A stretch of 64,000 nt of DNA, taken from the sequence record NC_061447.1; one strand, 5' to 3'. Of this stretch, positions 35,203 through 45,045 are shown piece after piece. Every line of letters begins with the position of its first letter. Position 1 is the first letter of the stretch. A program made the translations under genes and the position numbers. Under the pieces are notes generated by a model. The model saw only the letters and a program-made list of their open reading frames with translations, was not told where the DNA came from and searched no databases.

Positions 35203-35552
35203 AACTCAAAAACACACCACGCGGGCTGTGGTTGTACGTTAAACAACTCTACTTAATGTGTCTGTTGCTTAAGGATGAATATGACCTTATCCGACTGGAG
35301 CATGAGTCAGAAGTTCTTGACGCTCTGCAAAGATTGACCGAACGGGACATGGCTAATAGCACAGATATAGGTGTACGCGTTCTGTTGTTCTTTAAGGAAC
35401 ACAAGAAACCACGTAGCGCAAGATATAACCTGCCTTACCTGTGGCCTAAGCGCGACCTAATTCGTTTGCTCAACCAGAACGGTGTTGCAGTAGGTCCCGT
35501 GCCGAACTACTTTGTAGCACTCCATCAACTCGTCGATAAGGGCTTCAAGTGA
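35199..35552 (+). CDS. hypothetical protein
   Basis: ATGA overlap. Confidence 0.7.
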   Translation: MKLKNTPRGLWLYVKQLYLMCLLLKDEYDLIRLEHESEVLDALQRLTERDMANSTDIGVRVLLFFKEHKKPRSARYNLPYLWPKRDLIRLLNQNGVAVGPVPNYFVALHQLVDKGFK

Positions 35553-35887
35553 TGAAGACAGTAACCTGTTCTGTAAATGCGCTACACGGTAAACGTGTGC
35601 TACCAGTCTTCTTTCAAGAGGAAGAAGAAAAGTTTTATATCGGCAGTGACTTCTGGAAAAGTCTGAACCTGCGCGACGACCTGTTCATTGAGCCTCAAAC
35701 AGAGCAAGTCATCCACAATGACGAGCGCATGAACCGCACCGAGTTCATTCGTGTCTCTACCGTGCGCGATGTTATTCATGCGCTGCATCGTTGCCGCAGT
35801 TATATCTGCTACTTTGAGTACATCTCCGACGAGGAAATTGACAGCCTCGCCGAAGCACTCGAACATTGGGAAAAACCAGAGGACTAA
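35549..35887 (+). CDS. hypothetical protein
   Basis: GTGA overlap. Confidence 0.7.
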   Translation: MMKTVTCSVNALHGKRVLPVFFQEEEEKFYIGSDFWKSLNLRDDLFIEPQTEQVIHNDERMNRTEFIRVSTVRDVIHALHRCRSYICYFEYISDEEIDSLAEALEHWEKPED

Positions 35888-35889
35888 TC

Positions 35890-36513
35890 ATGAACACCAC
35901 AATTCAATTTCTCATGGATGAGAACGAGATAGAAGACGCACTCACCTCGTATCACACTGACCCTACCGATGAAAACAAACGTCGTGTGATTGAAACGATT
36001 TTGAGTGAGTCTAAACACGCACCAAAACCAGACATTGAACCTGAGGCGCATCGCATTATATTTGTGCCGTCCGTAACTACACTTAGAAGTGAGCCTGCTG
36101 TTACGCAATATGCTTCTTTCAGTGGTGAGATCGACAAGATGCTCGTGGCCACTGCTAAATTGGCTAAGCGTGTTGCAGACAAAATTCATGAGGCAGGCAG
36201 CTCCGCTGTGCTTGTTCGCTTCGACCCAGAAGAATGGTATTCGTATCGCATTCCTATTCTTCTGGGTTTCTACGATCTGGCGTTAGAGTCGAAAACGCTG
36301 GACGGGATTGATTCCTCCATGCGCGACCTCATGCGCAAGGTAGGCAATCTGCCTTTCGATGAAGATGTTGAAGCCTTCTACGAAAGAATAAATCGTTATG
36401 TGGCTGAGGGAGAGCATGAAGGCTGTCTGCGCTCCATCACTCAAATGGTGGACACTAAGTTCACACGCAACTTACCTCAAACCGAAACCGAAGAAGAAGG
36501 TGAAGAAGAATGA
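35890..36513 (+). CDS. hypothetical protein
   Basis: GAGGA RBS. Confidence 0.75.
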   Translation: MNTTIQFLMDENEIEDALTSYHTDPTDENKRRVIETILSESKHAPKPDIEPEAHRIIFVPSVTTLRSEPAVTQYASFSGEIDKMLVATAKLAKRVADKIHEAGSSAVLVRFDPEEWYSYRIPILLGFYDLALESKTLDGIDSSMRDLMRKVGNLPFDEDVEAFYERINRYVAEGEHEGCLRSITQMVDTKFTRNLPQTETEEEGEEE

Positions 36514-36881
36514 TCAGACAAATGCCGTTGCAGCTTTTAAGCAAGGACCCAGACGTAACAGCTCAATCGACCGCAGCGCGTCTAGGCCTTGTTAACTACA
36601 CGATAGTCGTTCGTGGTGACTGGCAACTGATCTGCGGCACTGGCGTAGATCGTAAACCGCGCATCGCACTTATCGGTCCTTATAAAATCAATCCTGATTT
36701 GACCGGTGTGCATATTCTGACTCATGCTGGCTTCTCTGATATTGACGCACTGTTGGCTCTCGGTCTGCATCGCAATGACTTACGCCGTATGCAGAAAGAA
36801 CACCGTGCTCGCGTCAAAGCTGTAAAAGAACAGAAACGCATGGGCAACACTACCGCACTCGACGATATCAAGGGGAAGTAA
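36510..36881 (+). CDS. hypothetical protein
   Basis: ATGA overlap. Confidence 0.7.
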   Translation: MIRQMPLQLLSKDPDVTAQSTAARLGLVNYTIVVRGDWQLICGTGVDRKPRIALIGPYKINPDLTGVHILTHAGFSDIDALLALGLHRNDLRRMQKEHRARVKAVKEQKRMGNTTALDDIKGK

Positions 36882-36882
36882 G

Positions 36883-37641
36883 ATGAAACAGTTATTCGTA
36901 GGCAGCCACCCAAACACCGTTCGCTTTTCTGATCTCGACAGCCGTGACCGCATCTGTGAGATTCGCGCGATGATCGCTGACGCGTATCGCATGTTGCGTG
37001 ATTCAATTGGCGAACAGGCCAAGAACGAAACGAATACCTTCCACGGCCCGTGGCTTGTGTTTCGCAATCTCATGAACGATCACCCTGCCGCCTGTCTGGA
37101 AGAGTTTCGTCATGCGTCTATCTACTTCGATGCAGACACCGAAGGCAAGGTAACTGAGATTGCTGATCTGATTGAACAGCACATCGAACTCTCCCGTGAA
37201 GCCCTGAGCCTGAAAGGTGTGCACCAACATCAGGCTGACGCGATGATCAGTATTCAACCTGACACAGCTACGCGTGAAGTAACGTTGCGTGTTGGTCTTG
37301 GCAAAACGCGTAGCAATAACCCGCATCTCATTTTGGCTGATAGTGTTCGTCACTACATCGACCTGGCCTCCACTGCTGCATCGACGTTCGAGTTCTGCGT
37401 ACTGCTCACCAAGAAGCTGGACTCTGACGCCCACGATAACTACGGCGAGATGACGCACGACGAGATGGTAGACTGTGTACACGGCCTAATTCTCGGCTCG
37501 TCTAAAAGCATAAAGAACCTCCGTGAACTGATCATGGACAGCATTAACGAATTGTCTATGCCGTATTCTCAATTCGTTTCTGGTCCTAAGTTCGACGACG
37601 AACAGGCGGCTGACGATGAAAACTTTGCGCTGCGTGGCTAA
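36883..37641 (+). CDS. hypothetical protein
   Basis: GGGGA RBS. Confidence 0.78.
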   Translation: MKQLFVGSHPNTVRFSDLDSRDRICEIRAMIADAYRMLRDSIGEQAKNETNTFHGPWLVFRNLMNDHPAACLEEFRHASIYFDADTEGKVTEIADLIEQHIELSREALSLKGVHQHQADAMISIQPDTATREVTLRVGLGKTRSNNPHLILADSVRHYIDLASTAASTFEFCVLLTKKLDSDAHDNYGEMTHDEMVDCVHGLILGSSKSIKNLRELIMDSINELSMPYSQFVSGPKFDDEQAADDENFALRG

Positions 37642-37819
37642 ACGTTATTGGCGCGAGGTGGTGATACTGATCGTGTTAGTTGTCATCGCCTTCGCTTTAC
37701 CTTATTTTGAAGTGCGCAACCCTAAGCTGACTATGCTGGTGGCTGTTATTGTGGCTGTGTACTTCTTCGCTACTTGGGCATGTAAGCCCAGTTACGGAAA
37801 AGACAATGAGAAAAAATGA
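37616..37819 (+). CDS. small two-TM membrane protein
   Basis: Two hydrophobic stretches. Confidence 0.7.
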   Translation: MKTLRCVAKRYWREVVILIVLVVIAFALPYFEVRNPKLTMLVAVIVAVYFFATWACKPSYGKDNEKK

Positions 37820-38357
37820 AATCGTACTGAGTGCCGAAGAGATTGCAGACGGCATTGAGAAGATCAATCACGCATTGCTGCAAGTTGGTCTGCGTTGTAA
37901 TGAAGGTGATGTTGGTTACGAAACTGTGTACACCGATGACCGTGGTGAAACGCAGGGTGGCTGGTACGCCGAGTTCGATAAGAAGTCCCGCGACAAACTG
38001 CGCGAATCAAAGAAAGTGTCATGGCGTAACTGCGGCATGATTAGCGGCGACACGCTCGACAGCATTCTGCGTACTGCTGCCAGTCTGAAATTCCGTAACT
38101 ACGGCAAAGAGCCTAATCCTACTCAGATTAAAAAGGTGGTGCACATGATGACCAAAGAAGGTGCCACGCAGAAAGCGCTTGAGACCTACAACTCGGCCAA
38201 GCCTTTGTCCGATGGTGACCTCAAGCTGTGTATCGAACACTTCCGCACTCTGGAAAACTTAATCAAAGTTGACCCGATGTTGAAGCTGGCGCAGCCGTAT
38301 GTTGTAAACAACCTGTATCAACTCGAAAACTATTTGCAAGCACGTAAGAGCAAGTAA
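37806..38357 (+). CDS. hypothetical protein
   Basis: ORF in run; terminator-like hairpin 38363-38390 follows. Confidence 0.72.
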   Translation: MRKNEIVLSAEEIADGIEKINHALLQVGLRCNEGDVGYETVYTDDRGETQGGWYAEFDKKSRDKLRESKKVSWRNCGMISGDTLDSILRTAASLKFRNYGKEPNPTQIKKVVHMMTKEGATQKALETYNSAKPLSDGDLKLCIEHFRTLENLIKVDPMLKLAQPYVVNNLYQLENYLQARKSK

Positions 38358-38415
38358 CAATCATGGGAGGCCCTTAACAGGGTTTCCCATTAGTCATTTC
38401 TGGAGCAAATTTCGC

Positions 38416-39396
38416 ATGAGATTCGGATTCGCCTGTAAGCTGCTTGACGCAAACGACAAACAACCATACACCAACAAGAGCCTTAGCTATAAACATTTCT
38501 CGGCGCTATCCGCACCTGACCAGCATGAAAAACTTTTGGCCGTTGTCGCACACAACCTGACTTCGTTACTCGACATGATAAAGCACGTTGGTCGTCTGCG
38601 TACCGACCTGCGTATGTTTCGAATCACAAGTGAGTTACTTCCGTTGTACACTCACCCGAAAGTGTTCCACATGTACATGCGCCATGACGTCGCAGCCTTA
38701 ACAGAAAAGATGTTAGCACTCTGTGGTGCAGCGGCACGTCGGCTTGATGTGCGACTATCTTTTCACCCAGGTCAGTTCACGGTACTTGCATCTGATCGTC
38801 CTGACGTGGTTGAGAACTCCATTCGTGAACTTGAGTACCATGCGTACTGTGCCTACCACATGGGATATGGCCGACGCTTTCAAGACTTCAAGATCAACAT
38901 TCACCTCAGCGGTAAACTTGGTGCAAAAGGCTTTCGTGCCGCACACCAGAAACTTTCTGACCACTGCCGCAAGATGTTGACCGTTGAGAACGACGAGATC
39001 ACTTCCAGCCTCGAAGACTGTTTAGAGCTGGCAGACATATGCCCGATCGTCCTCGACATTCATCATCACTGGGTTATGACTAACGAGTACATACAGCCGA
39101 CCGATGATCGTGTTAAGCGTGTCATTGACTCTTGGCGTGGCGTTCGACCGACTGCTCACTACTCTGTGTCGAAGCCTGAGTTCGTGCCGTCACGTGGTCT
39201 GCCTGATCAGAACAAGCTGTCCGCTAATCGTATGCAGTTACGCGCACACTCTGACTACTATCACAATGACGATGTAAACGACTGGGCCCTCAGCTTCACT
39301 GATTTTGACCTGATGTGTGAGTCAAAAGCTAAAAACAGGGCTAGAGTCAAACTGGCGTGTTTTAGCGTCAACTCTGCAAATAAATGGACAAAATGA
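38416..39396 (+). CDS. uvsE: UV-damage endonuclease (UvsE/UvdE)
   Basis: RFGFACK, MFRITSELLP, RLSFHPGQF, INIH, VENDE, VLDIHHH, HYS, AHSD, MCESKAK. Confidence 0.92.
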   Translation: MRFGFACKLLDANDKQPYTNKSLSYKHFSALSAPDQHEKLLAVVAHNLTSLLDMIKHVGRLRTDLRMFRITSELLPLYTHPKVFHMYMRHDVAALTEKMLALCGAAARRLDVRLSFHPGQFTVLASDRPDVVENSIRELEYHAYCAYHMGYGRRFQDFKINIHLSGKLGAKGFRAAHQKLSDHCRKMLTVENDEITSSLEDCLELADICPIVLDIHHHWVMTNEYIQPTDDRVKRVIDSWRGVRPTAHYSVSKPEFVPSRGLPDQNKLSANRMQLRAHSDYYHNDDVNDWALSFTDFDLMCESKAKNRARVKLACFSVNSANKWTK

Positions 39397-39429
39397 GGCT
39401 TGTTTGCGATATTCGACCTGTGATACACT
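39376..39429 (+). promoter_or_regulatory. box promoter P5 (overlaps UvsE C-terminus)
   Basis: GCAAATAA-ATGGACAAAA-30 bp-(TGA)TACACT. Confidence 0.8.
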
Positions 39430-39485
39430 GTTTATGAGCACTATCGCTCGTTTTTCTCATATAACTAGACAGAGGAAATAAGACA

Positions 39486-39788
39486 ATGTTCACAACAACC
39501 ACTATCGCAAAGAAAGCACCTGTTGTTCAGTCCGCCAACCATTCATTCGGTATTACTGGTATCACACCAACTAACCGTATCTCCTGCATTTGGCCTGGCG
39601 CTCTGGAAGTTCCTGCGAATATTAAACGTTGGTGCCGTGTAAACGAAATCACCAACGACCTTGATGCTTACATGCGTGTTCGCTTTAAAGGTCGCCGCGC
39701 AGATATTCTGAACCTGGTGACTAAACACCTTGCTCCGAATAATCCTGAGCTGGCAGTTCGTATTCTCGCAACTATCACTGAGGCGTAA
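39486..39788 (+). CDS. hypothetical protein
   Basis: GAGGA RBS; first gene after P5. Confidence 0.75.
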   Translation: MFTTTTIAKKAPVVQSANHSFGITGITPTNRISCIWPGALEVPANIKRWCRVNEITNDLDAYMRVRFKGRRADILNLVTKHLAPNNPELAVRILATITEA

Positions 39789-39789
39789 A

Positions 39790-40053
39790 ATGAAAGTCCA
39801 ATGTTTGGAAGCCGTATACGGTACTACGAATACCAATACTCCGCTTGTGGAGAAACGTGGCTTCCGTCCTGTCGAATCAAAATATCTCGATGGTACGGAG
39901 GTTAGATTACAACGGTTATCACACGATATACATGAACGTGTGGTTGTGGGTTACGACCGTTTTGGCCGTGCTGTGTATGGAACACAAGTACCACAATCAA
40001 CGTTCGAAGTGCGTGACAGCAAGGAAAGCGAACCGAATAAAACGGCGCCCTAG
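39790..40053 (+). CDS. hypothetical protein
   Basis: GAGG RBS. Confidence 0.6.
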   Translation: MKVQCLEAVYGTTNTNTPLVEKRGFRPVESKYLDGTEVRLQRLSHDIHERVVVGYDRFGRAVYGTQVPQSTFEVRDSKESEPNKTAP

Positions 40054-40126
40054 CAAGCTCACAACCAGAAGCCATAGAATAACCAACAATAAATTCATGT
40101 GCTGACCTATCGTGGGGTGTCTTAAA

Positions 40127-40504
40127 ATGATCGTCATTTGTAACAGTTCAAAACAGTTTTGTGCTGATCGTCTGGCACACGGGGATGCTTTTGTTTTTGG
40201 TAAAACTCGCATGTTGCTACGTGCGGACTTTATCGTCCTGACCGACAAAAACAATTGCTTCTATGTAGTACGCAAATCTGATGTTGTTTGGGCTCCCGAG
40301 CTTACGGGTGCGACGCATGTGATTAAAATCCGGGCGTTCGCCCAGATTAAGCCATTTGAACTCAACGCAGCATGTCCTCAGTTCAATAGCCGCGTATTCG
40401 GAACAATCGCGTTCCGCAATCCGCACTTCGAACACAGACTCTCTGGTCTGAAATACGTAGAGACAAACTTCGGAGGTTTACATGGCACGTTATCATGTGT
40501 TTAG
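40127..40504 (+). CDS. hypothetical protein
   Basis: ORF in run. Confidence 0.6.
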   Translation: MIVICNSSKQFCADRLAHGDAFVFGKTRMLLRADFIVLTDKNNCFYVVRKSDVVWAPELTGATHVIKIRAFAQIKPFELNAACPQFNSRVFGTIAFRNPHFEHRLSGLKYVETNFGGLHGTLSCV

Positions 40505-40733
40505 CGCAACCCATAAATACTACGGCGAAGCATACGAAGGTACGTGGCTGAAAGAGATTACACTCAACGGCCATCAAGTTACCTCAGCCGAGTTTAAAGA
40601 CTTCGAGAGCGCAAAGGAATGCGCGGACAAGCTGCATGAGGTTTGCGATATAGGGTGGATCGTATACAACGCCTTCTCTGAAAGAGCGATGTACGATACC
40701 CGCACAGAGCAAGGCGAGTCTGTAAATACATAG
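40482..40733 (+). CDS. hypothetical protein
   Basis: GGAGG RBS. Confidence 0.72.
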   Translation: MARYHVFSATHKYYGEAYEGTWLKEITLNGHQVTSAEFKDFESAKECADKLHEVCDIGWIVYNAFSERAMYDTRTEQGESVNT

Positions 40734-40807
40734 CAGCCTCGCCTGCACCTATTCTTAATGTGGCGCTTACGGGCAACACACAAATTCACTATCTAATGAG
40801 GTTCAGA

Positions 40808-41320
40808 ATGAAATTCACTTCCATCGCTATCGCACTGGTTATGGCCGCTTCTTCCGCTAACGCTGCAAACTACAAAGCGCCAGCACCTGCTGCGGGCATG
40901 GAGTCTTCTGGCATGTCTATCTCTGACAAACTGGACGACTCCTGCCAAACTAAGCTGGCTCAGGCCATTGACCTGCGTGGTGCCGTTGTTGACTTTGCCG
41001 TGTCGCGTGACGCTATCGACACTGTGCCGCTCTGGCCTCTGGTCTGTGCGCCGACTGTTGAAACCAAATCAATCAACGTTGAGCGTACCGGCGCTGACCT
41101 GACGATCACCTACATCAACAACGATGTGAAGATGCCAAAACTTACTTTGGTGTTGCAGCGCGTTAAGTCTGAGAACGACGATGATGCACCTGCGTATCAG
41201 ATCGTTCAGGTTGGAGATATGAATGCGATGGGCTACGAAGAACAGTCCGCCGTTAAAGACTGGTTGCTTGATTGCTACGCGGCCACTATTCAAGATGACA
41301 TGGTGGCGGTGCTGAACTAA
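40808..41320 (+). CDS. exported (signal peptide) protein
   Basis: MKFTSIAIALVMAASSANA SPase I-type signal; GAGG RBS. Confidence 0.75.
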   Translation: MKFTSIAIALVMAASSANAANYKAPAPAAGMESSGMSISDKLDDSCQTKLAQAIDLRGAVVDFAVSRDAIDTVPLWPLVCAPTVETKSINVERTGADLTITYINNDVKMPKLTLVLQRVKSENDDDAPAYQIVQVGDMNAMGYEEQSAVKDWLLDCYAATIQDDMVAVLN

Positions 41321-41625
41321 TGAAAGGAAAGAAGTTAGACGTATTCCTGCAACAACGCACGGCAATAAACAAGGTCGCCTCAAGTCCACAAGACTGGCAG
41401 ACTTATAAAGAAATGCTGTTGAACATACGGCTTGCCGTTGCTGTTGAACCACGACCCGATGCTGCGGTGCGACACTTAGCTCGCACTTGGCACGCGGAAA
41501 AGAAATATGCGCTCCCTGTCTGTCAGGCCACGCTTTTAAAACTGATGACGTTGAAGAAAGCGAACCAAACGCTTGAAGAAATGATCGCGCTCTACATTGA
41601 CCTTGAGGAAGGACCAATCAAATGA
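41320..41625 (+). CDS. hypothetical protein
   Basis: TAATG coupling. Confidence 0.7.
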   Translation: MKGKKLDVFLQQRTAINKVASSPQDWQTYKEMLLNIRLAVAVEPRPDAAVRHLARTWHAEKKYALPVCQATLLKLMTLKKANQTLEEMIALYIDLEEGPIK

Positions 41626-42824
41626 CCGAAGCTGAGATGAACATCGACCAAGTAACAAACGCCGCTAAAACCATTTTTCGTTCTGGTACCGCTGAACAGC
41701 GTGATGCACTTCGTGCTGTAGCCAACACGGTGCTTGCTGGTTCTGCTGCGCTGGCTTACGAAGGCACCGAGCCTGATGTTGAAACTACCTATCGTCTGCT
41801 GTCTAAGATTCAATTCTCTGGCGATGGCCAACAAATGCTACCTGCCGATGAAATCTACGCACTCGACACGTTGCTGCGTAAAGGCAAGAAAGCCACGTTC
41901 ATGCGCGCCGTAGAAAACATAGCACTGACTATGTACTGCACTGACCCACGTACTGCTGGTCGCGGTTATTGGCCAAAGAACAACAACGATCTGAATCTGC
42001 TATTGACCCGCGCTTTTATCTGGCTGGTTGCTCAGGAAGGTCTGGAGAACATTCTGGTCAAAGACACTTCTGTAGTGAGCCATACGCGTCTGGCGCAGTT
42101 CCTGATCGCAACGCAGGTTGCAGGTAAAGACGAAGGTGCGCTGCGTCACTTCACGCTTTATCATCCGCATCAAGATACAGGCAACATCTATTCCTGCAAC
42201 GTGCTACCTGATGAATATATCGCTTCATTGAAAGCGGCGCGTCGTGCGAATCGTCCTGAAGAATACGATCAGGTTCGTGGAATGTCGTTCAATCAACTCG
42301 CAGATCTGTGTGAGCGCCTGAATGTTATTGGTCCTAACTCTGTGCCAAAACACTCATGTAGCTGTGATGATGAAGATTGCGAATGTGAGGACGATGATTA
42401 CCGCAGCCGAGAAGATTACGAAGGCGACACCGAAGAACTGCTTGAAGATTTTTACGGTAAGTTCGGTGACCCTGACGACGACGAAGAACCAGAACAAGAT
42501 ATCTGGCAGCCTGACGTATCGCTCATGGAAGTCGAAATCGATCTGCCTGCCGTAACGTTACCGCGTCCTGCGCCGGATGCTTATGTAGGCCGAGCGCCTT
42601 CTCGCTACAAGAAGCCAGTTCAGAAAACATCGCGTACTAAATTGCTCCTTACCCGTGAGCAACAAATCTGGCACACGATTGATACTGATAACAAAGAGTT
42701 CGGTGATCGTCGTTTTGCTATTACGCTCGTATCACGCCACACGTGCGGCGTAAGTCATGCAATCGCCACAGCCCGTGAAGCACTCGCAGTTGCTGCCGTG
42801 CTTATGGACGAAAGTAGCAAATAA
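41622..42824 (+). CDS. hypothetical protein with acidic insert
   Basis: 400 aa; CSCDDEDCEC acidic segment. Confidence 0.8.
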   Translation: MTEAEMNIDQVTNAAKTIFRSGTAEQRDALRAVANTVLAGSAALAYEGTEPDVETTYRLLSKIQFSGDGQQMLPADEIYALDTLLRKGKKATFMRAVENIALTMYCTDPRTAGRGYWPKNNNDLNLLLTRAFIWLVAQEGLENILVKDTSVVSHTRLAQFLIATQVAGKDEGALRHFTLYHPHQDTGNIYSCNVLPDEYIASLKAARRANRPEEYDQVRGMSFNQLADLCERLNVIGPNSVPKHSCSCDDEDCECEDDDYRSREDYEGDTEELLEDFYGKFGDPDDDEEPEQDIWQPDVSLMEVEIDLPAVTLPRPAPDAYVGRAPSRYKKPVQKTSRTKLLLTREQQIWHTIDTDNKEFGDRRFAITLVSRHTCGVSHAIATAREALAVAAVLMDESSK

Positions 42825-42869
42825 CTGGTCAAACTAGCGCTTCGATTCGAGGCGCTTTTCTGCTATAAT
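42817..42869 (+). promoter_or_regulatory. box promoter P6 (terminator hairpin inside spacer)
   Basis: GCAAATAA-CTGGTCAAAC-29 bp-(TGC)TATAAT. Confidence 0.85.
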
Positions 42870-42937
42870 CATAGCTAGAGCAATATTGCTCTCAACGTCA
42901 TTTTTTAACCATACGTTTATAACGGGAATTGTCATTT

Positions 42938-43240
42938 ATGTCACGCACTATTTCACGCAAGAAAGCAGTTAACCTCATGTCCACCACTTACAACGCGAAA
43001 CACCCTGAGTACCTGCCACGCCTGTTGGCAGAAGATATGGACTCGACTCACCTGTTTGAGTTTCGTGAAATGGTAATCGCCAAGATTCAATCTGGTGAAG
43101 ACCCAACTAAAGTGGTCGATGACATGATCGATACTGCAATCCGCGTCACTCAGGTTCGTCGTCGCACCAGCAATGACTATAATCCGAAAATCGCTGACGT
43201 GCTGACTGATGAAATGCGTGAGATGCTCCGTAACCTTTAA
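42938..43240 (+). CDS. hypothetical protein
   Basis: First ORF after P6; start uncertain. Confidence 0.65.
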   Translation: MSRTISRKKAVNLMSTTYNAKHPEYLPRLLAEDMDSTHLFEFREMVIAKIQSGEDPTKVVDDMIDTAIRVTQVRRRTSNDYNPKIADVLTDEMREMLRNL

Positions 43241-43248
43241 GGATTAAA

Positions 43249-43803
43249 ATGAAAAGCTACGGTTACTTCTTTATTCTGAATCACATCGCTATGGCCGTAG
43301 ATGCACCCGACAAGGACGTCGGGTTTAAAGCTATGGTTGAACTGGATATGCTCAATCGCGCATCTATTTTTGCTCGACCTGACGCAGAGCCTCGCGCTGC
43401 TAAACTTGTGCGTGACTTAACTCAGGCAATCTACCCACCGGCATCCGATATTCATCCGACTGTTGCGCAGCGTATGATGTTGGTGAAAGCTCTGCACGAT
43501 GAAGAACTCGAATCTATCGTTGGTGGTATTCGCTTCTTCGTGCCGTTTGCGTACACGAAAGAACAACTGACCGAGCAGTTCGGTTTCTTTGATAGTGGTG
43601 AAGCGCTTAACGTGCCGTACTATCTACGGCACATGCTCATGGAAGATCAAGCTGTCTTCCTTGACGGTAAGCTGACCAGCTTCGCGCATTCGTGCGCACA
43701 CGGCGAAGTGACGCAGACAGCCAGAACTTACGGTCTGCTTCCTGCTCAGGCTTATGGCAAAAACGATATTCCTGAGCAATTCAAACATCTGCCTCTGTTT
43801 TAG
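43249..43803 (+). CDS. hypothetical protein
   Basis: AAGGA RBS. Confidence 0.75.
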   Translation: MKSYGYFFILNHIAMAVDAPDKDVGFKAMVELDMLNRASIFARPDAEPRAAKLVRDLTQAIYPPASDIHPTVAQRMMLVKALHDEELESIVGGIRFFVPFAYTKEQLTEQFGFFDSGEALNVPYYLRHMLMEDQAVFLDGKLTSFAHSCAHGEVTQTARTYGLLPAQAYGKNDIPEQFKHLPLF

Positions 43804-43815
43804 GAGACAACGCTC

Positions 43816-44274
43816 ATGGGAGTTGTTAAAGGCATAACCGCTACCACGTTCCCTTCACGGGGACGTGACGAGGGCCAGAAGATTGCTCTCAAGACTCGCT
43901 GGGGAATTTATCCAGCGGTCATTGTGCGACAAGATAACGACCAGCCGTACAATGAGATATGGAAGATCGATGCAAAGAATCTTCCTCGCCGTTACTTCGC
44001 TGAAAGCGATGACCTGTTCGTGTCTCGCCACTACATTGAGAACTACGCGAAGCATTCACCTATCTGTGCTAAAGGTGAGTACGAAGGTCAGTTCGTCGAT
44101 GTTGTGTTTGACTACGACACGCAAAATAAATGCGAAGGCGTTGTTGTGACGCATCGTGATTTGCTTTTGGTAATTCTTATTACCACAGGCCCACATTCAG
44201 GTCGCTACGTCACTGGCAAAGAATGTCAGTATGCACCGCGACCTCGTTCCACCAAAGAACTAATCGACAACTAA
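43816..44274 (+). CDS. hypothetical protein with two similar small beta domains
   Basis: G..EGQ.i......  ...viV..D unit occurs twice. Confidence 0.72.
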   Translation: MGVVKGITATTFPSRGRDEGQKIALKTRWGIYPAVIVRQDNDQPYNEIWKIDAKNLPRRYFAESDDLFVSRHYIENYAKHSPICAKGEYEGQFVDVVFDYDTQNKCEGVVVTHRDLLLVILITTGPHSGRYVTGKECQYAPRPRSTKELIDN

Positions 44275-44284
44275 GGACGTACTA

Positions 44285-44779
44285 ATGCAATTCAAAGTAA
44301 TGCCAGACCTCAATCGCTACCCTGACTTCATCATGCCTAAACGCGCCTCCGGTCAGGCTGCTGGTGTTGACCTGTTTGCTCAGGAAGACATGGAGATCAC
44401 AAACAATACCGAACTGTTTGAGCTGGGCTTTAAAGCAGCGGTCCCTGAAGGTTACGTTGGCATCATCTTCCCTCGCAGCGGCCTGGGTGCTAAGTTCAAC
44501 TGTCAATTGTCTAACACGCTTGGTGTGATTGATAGTGACTATCGTGGAGAGTGGATGGCAGCTCTGCATCTCGGCGGTAAAGGCACTAAGGTTCAGATCG
44601 TCGAAACGCATCGACCGAGCCACGATCAAACACATCGCCTTGTGGTTAAGAAAGGCGAAGCGTATGCACAAGTGCTGTTCTTCGAAGTGCCTCTGATGGA
44701 GATCGTGCAGGTCTCCGAGCTGGACGACACTGAACGTGGTGAGGGTGGTTTCGGTTCCACCACACCTGCCCGTGGATGA
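44285..44779 (+). CDS. dut: dUTPase (trimeric)
   Basis: AGVDL, IFPRSGLG, GVIDSDYRGE, AYAQ, TERGEGGFGST. Confidence 0.96.
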   Translation: MQFKVMPDLNRYPDFIMPKRASGQAAGVDLFAQEDMEITNNTELFELGFKAAVPEGYVGIIFPRSGLGAKFNCQLSNTLGVIDSDYRGEWMAALHLGGKGTKVQIVETHRPSHDQTHRLVVKKGEAYAQVLFFEVPLMEIVQVSELDDTERGEGGFGSTTPARG

Positions 44780-44987
44780 TCTGCTGATAGTGCTTATCGC
44801 CTACTATATTGTGGGCGTTATCATATTCATTCGCGATCTATACGATGCCGCAGAAGACACGGTGCTCCGCAAACAGTTCGATGCAGAACTCGAACAGACC
44901 TCTAATACAGGTCTGGCGATTGAACTTATCCGTGTTGTGCTATTCGTTGTGTTTATCCACATCCCTTGCTGGATATTCCGCGTATAG
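44772..44987 (+). CDS. small two-TM membrane protein
   Basis: GTG start overlapping dut stop; hydrophobic segments. Confidence 0.6.
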   Translation: MDDLLIVLIAYYIVGVIIFIRDLYDAAEDTVLRKQFDAELEQTSNTGLAIELIRVVLFVVFIHIPCWIFRV

Positions 44988-45045
44988 TGACGCTACTCAC
45001 ACGAGGAGCCTTACGTGGGCTCCTCATTATCGTAATATAAACACT

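Noticed and set aside
45004-45038. Eleventh box promoter (hairpin + CATTATCGTAATAT, similar to P2)
   Set aside because: A -10-like hexamer is present but no upstream box at the 29-30 bp position.
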